Source of the DNA: a virus
Taxonomy: Duplodnaviria; Caudoviricetes
DNA: 43,226 bases
IMG/VR virus record: IMGVR_UViG_3300005611_000061
Coordinates: 1 to 43,226 of that record
Reading direction: 5' to 3' (one strand)
Part shown: in pieces, positions 17,060 to 25,937 of the stretch
Layout of the letters: each line of letters begins with the position of its first letter
How positions within the stretch are numbered: the first letter of the stretch is position 1
Notes under the pieces: generated by a model
Seen by the model: only the letters and a program-made list of their open reading frames with translations
The model's database searches: none
What the model was told of the DNA's origin: nothing
Position numbers and translations under genes: made by a program

Positions 17060-18294
17060 AACATCAGGTTGCAAACATTCTTACGCAACAGGAACTTCAT
17101 GGATGGTATTTTGACGAACGCTCTGCATGGCAACTTGCATCGACTCTCAGAACCGACCTTGAAAAAACTTATCAACTACTACGCGACAGGCATCCTTTCG
17201 TTGCCGGATCATTATTTACTCCTAAACGAAATAATCGGACCCAAGGCTATGTCGAAGGCGCTCCATTCACACGCTTAAAAGATCTCAATCCCACATCACG
17301 AGACCATATATCATGGATCCTGCAAACATATCATGGCTGGAAGCCGACGGAGCTGACTCCTACTGGGAAGCCGATCATCGACGAAGTTATCTTGAAAGAG
17401 GCTGCCTCCGCTGGGATTTCGATTGCCGAGGACTTTCTGAAGTGTCTCGATATTACGAAGAAATTGGGGATGATCTCGGAAGGCACGAACGCATGGCTGA
17501 AGCTGTGTACGAATGCTAACCGAGTACACCATCACTGTTCCGTCGCAACTAACACACACCGATGTGCACACCGTAACCCTAACCTTGCCCAAGTACCCAG
17601 TGACTCAAACTTCAGACAACTCTTCCAGGCTAGTCCGGGTCAGCTTCTTGTTGGCGCTGATCTCGCTGGGATCGAGCTTCGTATGCTTGCTCATTACCTC
17701 GCACGTTATGATGCGGGTCGCTACGCTGACATCCTCCTTAACGGGGACATTCACCAAGTCAATGCCGACAAAGTTGGTATCTCCAGAAGGGCTGTCAAAA
17801 CCGTTACCTACGCCTTCCTCTATGGTGCCGGTGATGCCAAAATTGGATTGAGTTATGACTCCTCTCTCAGCCCAGCTAGAGCTAAATCCAAAGGTAAAGA
17901 AATACGTACAGCTTTTGTGGAAGCAATTGACGGGCTTGCCCAGCTTCTTGAGGCTATCAAAACAGCGTCTGAGAAGGGCTATGTTCGATCAATAGACACA
18001 CGAAAGATCAAAGTTGACAGTCCGCACAAAGCATTGAATTATCTGCTACAATCAGGTGCAGGTATCGTTGCAAAGCGGTGGATGGTCATCAATCACACAA
18101 ACACACAAGAGTTGTGCTGCTCACAGCTCGCATTTATACATGACGAATTACAATTCGAGTGCGACCCCGCCCACGCAGACGCTCTATCAGCATCCCTGGT
18201 ACAAAGCGCTGAAGCGGCTGGAGAACACTATTCACTACGCCTCCCAATCAGTGCAGAAGCAAAACAAGGGAGTGACTGGTCGGAGGTCCATTGA
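17020..18294 (+). CDS. polA: DNA polymerase A, polymerase part
   Basis: PNLAQVP, motif A DLAGIELR, motif B KTVTYAFLYG, motif C IHDE; in the -1 frame relative to the exonuclease ORF. Confidence 0.95.
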   Translation: MRSLPPLPEWVALEHQVANILTQQELHGWYFDERSAWQLASTLRTDLEKTYQLLRDRHPFVAGSLFTPKRNNRTQGYVEGAPFTRLKDLNPTSRDHISWILQTYHGWKPTELTPTGKPIIDEVILKEAASAGISIAEDFLKCLDITKKLGMISEGTNAWLKLCTNANRVHHHCSVATNTHRCAHRNPNLAQVPSDSNFRQLFQASPGQLLVGADLAGIELRMLAHYLARYDAGRYADILLNGDIHQVNADKVGISRRAVKTVTYAFLYGAGDAKIGLSYDSSLSPARAKSKGKEIRTAFVEAIDGLAQLLEAIKTASEKGYVRSIDTRKIKVDSPHKALNYLLQSGAGIVAKRWMVINHTNTQELCCSQLAFIHDELQFECDPAHADALSASLVQSAEAAGEHYSLRLPISAEAKQGSDWSEVH

Positions 18295-18695
18295 ATAAAG
18301 ATCTTAACGGACGCACGTGTACTAAATGTGGACGTTCCCATCCAGAAGTTGACTTTGGATTAAGACGTAATACACATGGTGTTGCTTATCCTCATAACAA
18401 GTGTAAGGGGTGTTATGCTGCTACTCGCCGGGGATCTGATGAAGCATTGCGGAAGCATTTCGGTATTGGAGTAAAACTAAAAGATGTAAAACCACCTGTA
18501 GGAACTCCTTGCCAAATATGTGAAACGCCAATGACACATGGGAAAGGTCCAAAAAGTGTCAATATGGATCATTGCCATCAAACAAACACCTTTAGAGGTT
18601 GGTTATGTAGGGAGTGTAACACAGGTCTGGGAAAGCTAGGGGACAACATCCACGGACTTGAGAAAGCCGTACTATATTTATCTACCTGTGTATGA
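18291..18695 (+). CDS. Endonuclease VII-family nuclease, probable free-standing homing endonuclease
   Basis: CQIC...DHCHQTNTFRGWLCRECNTGLG plus N-terminal CxxC pairs. Confidence 0.85.
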   Translation: MNKDLNGRTCTKCGRSHPEVDFGLRRNTHGVAYPHNKCKGCYAATRRGSDEALRKHFGIGVKLKDVKPPVGTPCQICETPMTHGKGPKSVNMDHCHQTNTFRGWLCRECNTGLGKLGDNIHGLEKAVLYLSTCV

Positions 18696-19462
18696 AACTA
18701 CTAATTGACGCAGACTACATAGTTTACAAATCCTGCGCCGGTGCTGAAGATGAGATTGATTTTGGCGAGGATGTAATCCTTGTTATCAGCAAGTTCTCCG
18801 AAGCACTATCCAACGTACAGCGTGAGCTGTCAAAGATTAAAAACAACTTCATGTGGGACACACCAGAACTGGTGCTGTTTTTCAGTGACTCTAAAAATTT
18901 CAGGAAAAAAATTTACCCAGATTACAAGGGACATCGAAATAGAAAGAAGCCCTGTGGTTATCGCCGGGTAATTTCTACACTCAAACAGCAGTATGAAGTC
19001 ATCATCTTGCCTGAGCTTGAAGCTGATGACGCTATGGGTATCTATGCTACGGCTAACCCCGGTAACATCATTGTTTCACCAGACAAGGACATGCGACAGA
19101 TACCTGGCAAGTTGTACAACATGGATGAGGTTATGACCATCACACCTGAACAAGGTATGCAATGGCATCTCATTCAGACACTTGCAGGTGATCAAACTGA
19201 CGGATACAGTGGTGTCCCTGGCATCGGTGTTAAGCGTGCGGTCTCTCTGTTTGAAGAGGATGGTTACACGTGGGATACTGTTGTCAAAGCTTTTGCTTCC
19301 AAAAATCTTGACGAAGAGGTAGCCTTGACCAATGCACGACTCGCACGTATTCTTACACACGAAAATTATGACGCAGAACACCGAACCGTCATACCCTGGT
19401 GTCCCACCGATGCCAGTATTGGAGCTGACAATGGAGCAGAGTTTCAAGCTAAGACGGCTTGA
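18692..19462 (+). CDS. 5'-3' exonuclease (gp6-like)
   Basis: LIDADY, YKGHR, LEADDAMG, SPDKD, GDQTDGYSGVPGIG. Confidence 0.95.
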   Translation: MKLLIDADYIVYKSCAGAEDEIDFGEDVILVISKFSEALSNVQRELSKIKNNFMWDTPELVLFFSDSKNFRKKIYPDYKGHRNRKKPCGYRRVISTLKQQYEVIILPELEADDAMGIYATANPGNIIVSPDKDMRQIPGKLYNMDEVMTITPEQGMQWHLIQTLAGDQTDGYSGVPGIGVKRAVSLFEEDGYTWDTVVKAFASKNLDEEVALTNARLARILTHENYDAEHRTVIPWCPTDASIGADNGAEFQAKTA

Positions 19463-19607
19463 GGATCTGCTTCCAGCAGCTGACAAAGATGACATCATTA
19501 CATTATTTTTAGCCCTCCAACGGCAGAACTTCTGCCTTGGCAATACCGTATCAAACCTAGTTAAACAGTGGCCAACTCACCACCCCACTACACCCGAGGA
19601 ACCATAG
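19368..19607 (+). CDS. nblA: NblA-like phycobilisome degradation adaptor; start uncertain (ATGs at 19332, 19368, 19410)
   Basis: ELTMEQSFKLRRL...LFLALQRQNFCL...LVKQW matches the NblA pattern L(S/T)xEQxF...L..Q...W. It overlaps both neighbours. Confidence 0.75.
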   Translation: MTQNTEPSYPGVPPMPVLELTMEQSFKLRRLEDLLPAADKDDIITLFLALQRQNFCLGNTVSNLVKQWPTHHPTTPEEP

Positions 19608-19849
19608 AGGTCTGGGATTTCATCAGAGATCAGCAGCTCAACTACCACCTTGGCAATGCAGTTAAATACATTTGCCGTGCTGGCTATAAGGACAGCAAGG
19701 TAGATGATCTAAAAAAAGCCATCCACTATCTTGAAAATGAACTCCTACATACACACGAGTCTTTTAGCTCAAGCAGAGAGCTTTCGATCTGCGTACAACC
19801 TGACGCATGGACCTCAACACCGAACTATACAGAAGAGTTTGATCGATGA
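19568..19849 (+). CDS. DUF3310 family protein (T7 gp1.7-like)
   Basis: SPPHYTRG-IEVWDFI...GNAVKYICRAGYK...DLKKAIHYL. Confidence 0.85.
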   Translation: MANSPPHYTRGTIEVWDFIRDQQLNYHLGNAVKYICRAGYKDSKVDDLKKAIHYLENELLHTHESFSSSRELSICVQPDAWTSTPNYTEEFDR

Positions 19850-20108
19850 AGAATGGTCTGAGTTTCATGAAGCTTACCATTTAAAAGATGAGTGTGACCA
19901 ATTGAAAGAACTCGCTGACCTGGTGTATGTCTGCTTTCAGTTTGCTGCTTCACAAGAGTGGGATCTCGATGAAGCTATGCACAGAGTACATGCTTCCAAT
20001 ATGTCCAAGCTTGGTGAAGATGGTAAACCTGTCTACCGAGAGGACGGTAAGGTTCTAAAGGGACCGAACTATGCACCACCTACATTGAACGATCTAATTC
20101 TTAAATGA
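19731..20108 (+). CDS. MazG-like nucleotide pyrophosphohydrolase
   Basis: LIDEEWSEF, KELADLVYV, VHASNMSK, DGKVLKGPNY. Confidence 0.88.
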   Translation: MKMNSYIHTSLLAQAESFRSAYNLTHGPQHRTIQKSLIDEEWSEFHEAYHLKDECDQLKELADLVYVCFQFAASQEWDLDEAMHRVHASNMSKLGEDGKPVYREDGKVLKGPNYAPPTLNDLILK

Positions 20109-21481
20109 CCACCTCTTATATCTCACGCACTGGACGTGTACAATCGTGGCTCGACAACCCTGAGTCACGGCTTCCAGTATCTTGCACAGTCTTTGTAGTC
20201 GAAGATTCGATGGAAGGTCCAGAAGGCATTGAAGCCAGCTGGAGGTTTGCTAGCCATGCTCTACGCAACGGAGCTGGTGTTGCTATTCACCTATCGAAAC
20301 TGCGTCCAAAAGGTACAGTATCCAACAAAGGTGATGACCAACTTGTTGCAAGTGGTCCGGTGTCCTTTGGTAAAATCTTCTCGACCCTAAATGAAATACT
20401 TAGGCGGGGTGGCACCTATCGGAACGGTGCGATTGTGTTGCATCTTGATCTATCTCATCCTGATGCCCTTGACTTTATTACTGCTTCTCGATCCGAGTTA
20501 CCTTGGGTCAAGAGATGCATCAACATCACCCCCGACTGGTGGGAGAGGTGTACGTTTAAGAAGGAACTCCTCCACGGAATTAAATCCGGTGACATTTGGC
20601 TCAACAAAGTAAAGTATGATGCAGACAACAAACGAATCCGAGGAAATGTATGCCTCGAAGTATACCTGCCCTCACGAGGAACATGCCTCTTGCAGCATAT
20701 TAATCTCGGTGCCTGCGAGTTCGACGACATCCCAACAGCTTTTAGTGAAGGTATGTCCCAGCTGTGCGATCTCCATGGCAAAACAGGTGTTGGATCAACT
20801 GGTGAGTACCTCCCAGCTGCAACAGACCGACAAGTGGGACTTGGAGTACTTGGACTTGCAAACTTACTTCGGCGGTACGGAGTAACCTACGAGCAGTTCG
20901 GTGTTGCTTTAGAGCAATACCTGGACGGTGAAACTGTAAAGACCCCAGCCTTTGAGCTGGTAGTACAGCTTGGCTTGGGTATTGATTTGGCTGCTAGCAT
21001 TGCACAAGCTAACAACATGGTACGTGCCTTTGCCATTGCACCGACTGCATCCTGCAGCTACCGCAGTAAAGATCTGGATGGTTACACCTGTACTCCAGAG
21101 ATCGCACCTCCTATCAGCCGTACGGTTGACCGCGATAGCGATACGTTTGGTGTAAAAACATATGATTATGGCGATGTAGAAATCGCTAGTGAAGTCGGTT
21201 GGAACAATTACAAGCGTGTTGCTGATGGCATCATGCGGTTGTTCAACCGTACGGGACTTCTTCACGGGTATAGCTTCAACAGTTGGAGTGATGTCGTCAC
21301 ATATGACGAAGCCTTTATCGAAGAGTGGTTGGAATCTCCTCAGACCTCCCTTTACTACAGTTTGCAGGTCATGGGCGACACTCAAGATAAGTCTGACGTT
21401 TACGCAGCACTTCAAGAGGACGTCGATGAGTATCTTGCAGACCTACTAAATGAAGAACTCGAATGTGACTGTCAAGAATGA
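20105..21481 (+). CDS. nrdA: Ribonucleotide reductase alpha subunit (compact, no ATP cone)
   Basis: PVSCTV, GNVCLEV, CLLQHINL, IAPTASCS, SLYY and C-terminal CDC. Confidence 0.92.
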   Translation: MTTSYISRTGRVQSWLDNPESRLPVSCTVFVVEDSMEGPEGIEASWRFASHALRNGAGVAIHLSKLRPKGTVSNKGDDQLVASGPVSFGKIFSTLNEILRRGGTYRNGAIVLHLDLSHPDALDFITASRSELPWVKRCINITPDWWERCTFKKELLHGIKSGDIWLNKVKYDADNKRIRGNVCLEVYLPSRGTCLLQHINLGACEFDDIPTAFSEGMSQLCDLHGKTGVGSTGEYLPAATDRQVGLGVLGLANLLRRYGVTYEQFGVALEQYLDGETVKTPAFELVVQLGLGIDLAASIAQANNMVRAFAIAPTASCSYRSKDLDGYTCTPEIAPPISRTVDRDSDTFGVKTYDYGDVEIASEVGWNNYKRVADGIMRLFNRTGLLHGYSFNSWSDVVTYDEAFIEEWLESPQTSLYYSLQVMGDTQDKSDVYAALQEDVDEYLADLLNEELECDCQE

Positions 21482-22194
21482 ACCCTTATGAAAAACTAAT
21501 GGCGCGTAAGCGCAAGTGGACACCAGTACAAACTACAGCTGGTGTCTGCAAAGAGGGTGCGGAGGAAACAATCTTCCGTGCTCTCGCACTCCGACACATG
21601 GAACTTCCTGTCGGAGACTTTATTACTGATGCTCTAGAAAAGAATGTCCCTGCTGCGGCTCGCACGCTCCTCGAAACAAACGTCAAAGACGAAGAAAACC
21701 ACGACGTGGCTTTGGGTTACATTGCCAACTCTTACGGCACTAATTCCAAAGCTGAAAAGGAAGCACTGGCGTTGCAAAAAGCGTGGATTGAGCATCCTGA
21801 TCACACGATCACCAAAGCAATGGTTGCCGAACGTGCGATTTTCTTTGTTCTATTACCCTTCTTTCGTTTTAACGGTGATTCTGGTATGCGAACAGTCTCA
21901 GCGGACATCTCACGAGACGAACAAATCCACGTGGCGTGCAACTCTCTCGTATGCAAAGAGCTGGGGCTTGAGATCTCGCCGTCCTTGGATAAATTGAGGA
22001 AGGCTACAATCAACTGGGTCATGCAACCCCTCAAGGTTGGTGCATCCGATAAATATTTGGACAAAAAATTTTGGGTCGATTCTAGTGATCGCCTAATGTA
22101 TGAGGGCAAAGCGCCCGAACTGTCTGCCACCCGTGCAGCTCGTATGCCTGCTTTCTTTGAACATGCAAATACAAACCTCCCACAGTACGCTTAA
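21478..22194 (+). CDS. nrdB: Ribonucleotide reductase class I beta subunit (short ferritin-like)
   Basis: Dimetal motifs DEENH and DEQIH; ends in a Tyr-containing tail; coupled to the alpha subunit. Confidence 0.8.
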   Translation: MNPYEKLMARKRKWTPVQTTAGVCKEGAEETIFRALALRHMELPVGDFITDALEKNVPAAARTLLETNVKDEENHDVALGYIANSYGTNSKAEKEALALQKAWIEHPDHTITKAMVAERAIFFVLLPFFRFNGDSGMRTVSADISRDEQIHVACNSLVCKELGLEISPSLDKLRKATINWVMQPLKVGASDKYLDKKFWVDSSDRLMYEGKAPELSATRAARMPAFFEHANTNLPQYA

Positions 22195-22354
22195 CATTGG
22201 CTTGACTGTGGACGCTCTAGTCTCTGAACTAGAGGATAGATTTCGGCTGACCAATCCCGGTCCAGATACAAACATCCAAACGATTATGTATCAAGCAGGT
22301 CAGCGTAGTGTTGTGGACTGGATTAACTCACGTATTGACAACGAAGAATTATGA
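22163..22354 (+). CDS. Small protein, T7 gp6.5-like position
   Basis: ELEDRF...IMYQAGQRSVVDWI, upstream of the portal cluster. Confidence 0.65.
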   Translation: MQIQTSHSTLNIGLTVDALVSELEDRFRLTNPGPDTNIQTIMYQAGQRSVVDWINSRIDNEEL

Positions 22355-22704
22355 GTAGCGGAGATGGCGGACGCGCCAGACGAGAAGCCGAACGAGCACG
22401 TCGTCGTGAAGAACAAGCACGTCGTGAAGCCGAGCGTCGTGCACAAGAAGATGCACGTCGTTACGAAGCTGACATGAGAGCAAGGGAGTCTGCTAACCAG
22501 CAGCGCCTGGCACAAATTCAAGCACAAAACGAGGCACAAGCTTCTGCAATGGAACAAACCATGCAGGCTAACTTGGCAACAATGGCAAAAGACCCCACCA
22601 CTATCAAGAGCCGTAAGAAAAAGAAACGCGGTTCTGGACAACGCGGTATGGATCGACTCCGTATCGCTATGAGTCAACAAGGATCTTCAACTAACCTAGG
22701 CTAA
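22351..22704 (+). CDS. Charged coiled-coil virion-associated protein (gp6.7/7.3-like position)
   Basis: Arg/Glu repeats and a basic KKKKRG...LRI tail directly before the portal gene. Confidence 0.65.
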   Translation: MSSGDGGRARREAERARRREEQARREAERRAQEDARRYEADMRARESANQQRLAQIQAQNEAQASAMEQTMQANLATMAKDPTTIKSRKKKKRGSGQRGMDRLRIAMSQQGSSTNLG

Positions 22705-24263
22705 TGCACGCACGTAGTAGGTATGATCATCTAACCAGCTACCGTAATCATTTTCTAGACATTGCAGTTGAGTGCTCTGAACTGACCCTTCCGTATCTTA
22801 TCCAACGTGATGAGATCCGACCTACATACAAGAATCTACGCCAACCCTGGCAAAGCGTAGGCAGTAAAGCGGTAGTGACCCTGGCATCTAAACTGATGCT
22901 AGCGTTGCTGCCGCCGCAGACTGCCTTCTTTAAACTTCAGATGGATGACTCCAAGCTAGGCACCGAACTGCCTGCTGAGATTCGATCTGAACTTGACCTA
23001 AGCTTTGCAAAGATGGAGCGTATGGTGATGGATTCGATTGCCGCATCTGGTGATCGTGTTGCTGTACACCAAGCTATCAAGCATCTTGTGGTCGGTGGTA
23101 ACGCCCTGTTATTTATGGGTAAGGATGGGATCAAGCACTACCCACTCAACCGGTATGTTGTAGAACGTGATGGTAACGGTAACATAATTGAGATCGTAAC
23201 CAAAGAACTAATTAACAAACAGCTCCTGCCTCAGGAGTTCCAAGAACTCAAAGCTAAAGAATCAGTTAGCATGGGTTCCAACACACAGGACGTTGAGATC
23301 TATACTCACGTCAAGCTAGACAACAATCGTTGGGTCTGGCACCAGGAAGCTTTCGATAAAGTCATTCCGAACACCGATGGTAAGTCCCCTAAAGATGCTA
23401 ACCCCTGGTTGGTACTGAGATTCAATTCGGTGGATGGTGAGAATTACGGTCGCGGTCGCGTAGAAGAGTTCCTTGGTGATTTCAAGTCACTCAACGCACT
23501 GTCACAAGCTATGGTAGAAGGCTCTGCAAGCGCTGCTAAGGTGGTGTTTGTTGTCAGCCCTAGCTCCATGACTAAGCCTCAGACAATTGCTCAGGCTGGC
23601 AACGGAGCTATCGTCCAAGGTCGTCCTGAAGACATCGGTGTTATCCAAGTGGGTAAAACTGCTGACTTTTCAACGGCTTTGCAGATGATGCAGACTCTTG
23701 AACGACGTCTGCTTGAGGCGTTCCTTGTGTTGAACGTGCGTCAATCTGAACGCACCACAGCTGAAGAGGTACGACTTACACAACTAGAACTGGAACAACA
23801 ACTTGGTGGACTGTTCAGTCTGCTGACCGTTGAGTTCTTAGTCCCCTATCTCAACCGTAAACTTTTGGTACTGTCCCGCTCTGGTCAGCTGCCCAAGTAT
23901 CCTAAGGATTTGATCAAGCCTACTATCGTGGCTGGTATCAATGCCTTGGGTCGTGGTCAAGATCGTGAATCGTTGACTGCGTTTATCACAACGATTGCAC
24001 AGACACTTGGACCTGATGCTATGATGAAGTTCATCAATGCTGACGAAGCTATCAAGCGTCTGGCTGCTGCACAAGGTATTGATGTTCTCAACCTTGTCAA
24101 GAGTATGGATGATCAACAAGCTGAAGCTGAAGCTGCTGCTCAACAAGAGCAAGAGATGATGGCTCTACAGCAGGCACCTCAGATGATGAAGGCGCCTATG
24201 TTAGATCCCACTAAAAATCCAAACGCTGAAGCCATGATGGCGGAGGCACTTTCACCTGAATAA
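22704..24263 (+). CDS. Portal (head-tail connector, gp8-like)
   Basis: LASKLMLALLPP, GENYGRG, ERTTAEEV. Confidence 0.96.
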   Translation: MHARSRYDHLTSYRNHFLDIAVECSELTLPYLIQRDEIRPTYKNLRQPWQSVGSKAVVTLASKLMLALLPPQTAFFKLQMDDSKLGTELPAEIRSELDLSFAKMERMVMDSIAASGDRVAVHQAIKHLVVGGNALLFMGKDGIKHYPLNRYVVERDGNGNIIEIVTKELINKQLLPQEFQELKAKESVSMGSNTQDVEIYTHVKLDNNRWVWHQEAFDKVIPNTDGKSPKDANPWLVLRFNSVDGENYGRGRVEEFLGDFKSLNALSQAMVEGSASAAKVVFVVSPSSMTKPQTIAQAGNGAIVQGRPEDIGVIQVGKTADFSTALQMMQTLERRLLEAFLVLNVRQSERTTAEEVRLTQLELEQQLGGLFSLLTVEFLVPYLNRKLLVLSRSGQLPKYPKDLIKPTIVAGINALGRGQDRESLTAFITTIAQTLGPDAMMKFINADEAIKRLAAAQGIDVLNLVKSMDDQQAEAEAAAQQEQEMMALQQAPQMMKAPMLDPTKNPNAEAMMAEALSPE

Positions 24264-24266
24264 TTT

Positions 24267-25055
24267 ATGGCTGAACTACTAACCTACGATCCTAGTAACG
24301 ATCCCCAAGCAATTCAGATTGCTGAAGAACGGGACGCCGAAACCCTTGCTGTCGGTCAGGCAATGGAAGATGCACAGAGCAACCTGCTTGCAGGTAAATA
24401 TAAAAGTGCACAGGATCTAGAAAAAGCTTACATTGAGCTGCAACAAAAACTCGGATCAAATGATCAGCAAGCCGAACCCACTCAAGAGCAGGAAGAAACT
24501 TCTGAACCTGAGGCAGAAACCGATGCCACCCTTGAACTCTTTGACAGCATTGACACTGAGATGTCAAGCAGTGGTGAACTCAGCGCAGAGTCGCTGGAGA
24601 AACTTTCTGCCATGGATAGTAAGGATCTGGTCGATGCGTATTTTAGGTATCAATCTACACTAGATTCTGATGACACTCCACAAGGACGTGAACTATCTGA
24701 CGATGAAGTTTCAGGTATCTACAACAGTGTAGGCGGTCAAGAGCAGTACCAACAGATGACTGCATGGGCTGCTGAAAATCTTGACGCTGCTACTGTTGAA
24801 GCGTTTGACAACGTGATCGAAACTGGTGACGTTGCTGCTATTAACCTTGCTTTGCTGGGTCTCCAATCACAATACAAAGACAACGTGGGCTACGAAAACA
24901 ACATGATTCAAGGTAAACCTGCTCAGGCAACTGGTGGTTATCGTAGTCAAGCGGAAGTCGTACGTGATATGAACGACCCTCGTTATGACCGTGACCCTGC
25001 CTACCGGCAAGAGGTTATGGAAAAACTTGCCAACTCACCTAGTCTTAACTTCTGA
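24267..25055 (+). CDS. Capsid assembly scaffold (gp9-like)
   Basis: Acidic; GKYKSAQDLEKAY, VGGQEQY...WAAENL, MNDPRYDRDPAYR. Confidence 0.92.
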   Translation: MAELLTYDPSNDPQAIQIAEERDAETLAVGQAMEDAQSNLLAGKYKSAQDLEKAYIELQQKLGSNDQQAEPTQEQEETSEPEAETDATLELFDSIDTEMSSSGELSAESLEKLSAMDSKDLVDAYFRYQSTLDSDDTPQGRELSDDEVSGIYNSVGGQEQYQQMTAWAAENLDAATVEAFDNVIETGDVAAINLALLGLQSQYKDNVGYENNMIQGKPAQATGGYRSQAEVVRDMNDPRYDRDPAYRQEVMEKLANSPSLNF

Positions 25056-25246
25056 TGTCTACTGTTATTGAAGACGGTGGACGCACTAACATTTACGCTA
25101 AAGAACCACCTATGTACATCGACGAAAACTCTATCCCCCACAACGAACGCGCCGAGCGTCTCAATGGCAGGCTTGCCATGCTCGGCGTGATGGCTGCGAT
25201 TGGTTCGTATGCTGTGACTGGTCAACTTATTCCTGGAGTATGGTAA
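25055..25246 (+). CDS. hli: High-light-inducible protein
   Basis: AERLNGRLAMLG...TGQLIPGVW. Confidence 0.95.
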   Translation: MSTVIEDGGRTNIYAKEPPMYIDENSIPHNERAERLNGRLAMLGVMAAIGSYAVTGQLIPGVW

Positions 25247-25335
25247 TGCCTTATGGTCCTGGAACTTATGGTTCCCAAAAAGGTCGCCCACCTGTAAAAA
25301 AGGGTAGCAAAAAAAATGGCGGCAAAAAAAAGTAG
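25246..25335 (+). CDS. 29-aa Lys-rich peptide (MPYGPGTYGSQKGRPPVKKGSKKNGGKKK); not in the ORF track
   Basis: TAATG coupling with hli. Confidence 0.65.
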   Translation: MPYGPGTYGSQKGRPPVKKGSKKNGGKKK

Positions 25336-25415
25336 TACACGTTTTGACTCCATCGGACTTTATTCAGGTATTGGCTAAATCCCAACGCCTGCCAATACGT
25401 AAATGGAAATGTTAA
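25316..25415 (+). pseudogene. Possible remnant of a small basic gene (start MAAKK..., end ...RKWKC*)
   Basis: Start-like and end-like segments are 100 nt apart, out of frame, with an internal stop. Confidence 0.35.
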
Positions 25416-25571
25416 ATGGCTAAACAAAAACCTGGTTTGTATGCAAACATCCATGCCAAACGCAAGCGCATCGCTGCCGGGTCTGGTGAAAAAATGAGAA
25501 AGCCTGGGTCTAAAGGAGCGCCCACGGCTGCTAACTTCAAACGCTCCGCTAAAACTGCTAAAAAATCCTAA
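25416..25571 (+). CDS. 51-aa basic protein (MAKQKPGLYANIHAKRKRIAAGSGEKMRKPGSKGAPTAANFKRSAKTAKKS); not in the ORF track
   Basis: Clean ATG-TAA ORF filling the gap. Confidence 0.75.
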   Translation: MAKQKPGLYANIHAKRKRIAAGSGEKMRKPGSKGAPTAANFKRSAKTAKKS

Positions 25572-25581
25572 CTTTTATTTA

Positions 25582-25932
25582 ATGAAATTCCTCGCTATCC
25601 TCCCCGCAACCCTCCTCGCCGCTGCTCCCGCACTGGCAGGTCCGTATGTGAACGTCGAAAACAACTCCGGTTTTAACGGTTCCAACTATCAGGGCATGGC
25701 TACTGATTTCCATCTTGGTTATGAAGATGGTAATGGTCTCACCTCTTGGGGTGTGCAAGCTGGTCCTACCGTCTTCTCCCCTGATGACGGTGAAGCTGAA
25801 ACTAAACTCACTGGCAAGGTGTTCGGCTCTGTTGCCGCTACCCGCCGTCTCGACGTTTATGGCGAGATCTCTTTTGTGTCCGACGACACCAATTCTTATG
25901 GTACTAAAGTCGGTCTGAAGTACAAGCTCTGA
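25582..25932 (+). CDS. Small outer-membrane beta-barrel-like protein
   Basis: Signal peptide, alternating beta strands, C-terminal YGTKVGLKYKL. Confidence 0.7.
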   Translation: MKFLAILPATLLAAAPALAGPYVNVENNSGFNGSNYQGMATDFHLGYEDGNGLTSWGVQAGPTVFSPDDGEAETKLTGKVFGSVAATRRLDVYGEISFVSDDTNSYGTKVGLKYKL

Positions 25933-25937
25933 TTATA

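Noticed and set aside
22370-22470. Repeated GCACGTCGT/GAAGCCGA units
   Set aside because: Explained by the Arg/Glu/Ala coiled-coil coding sequence.
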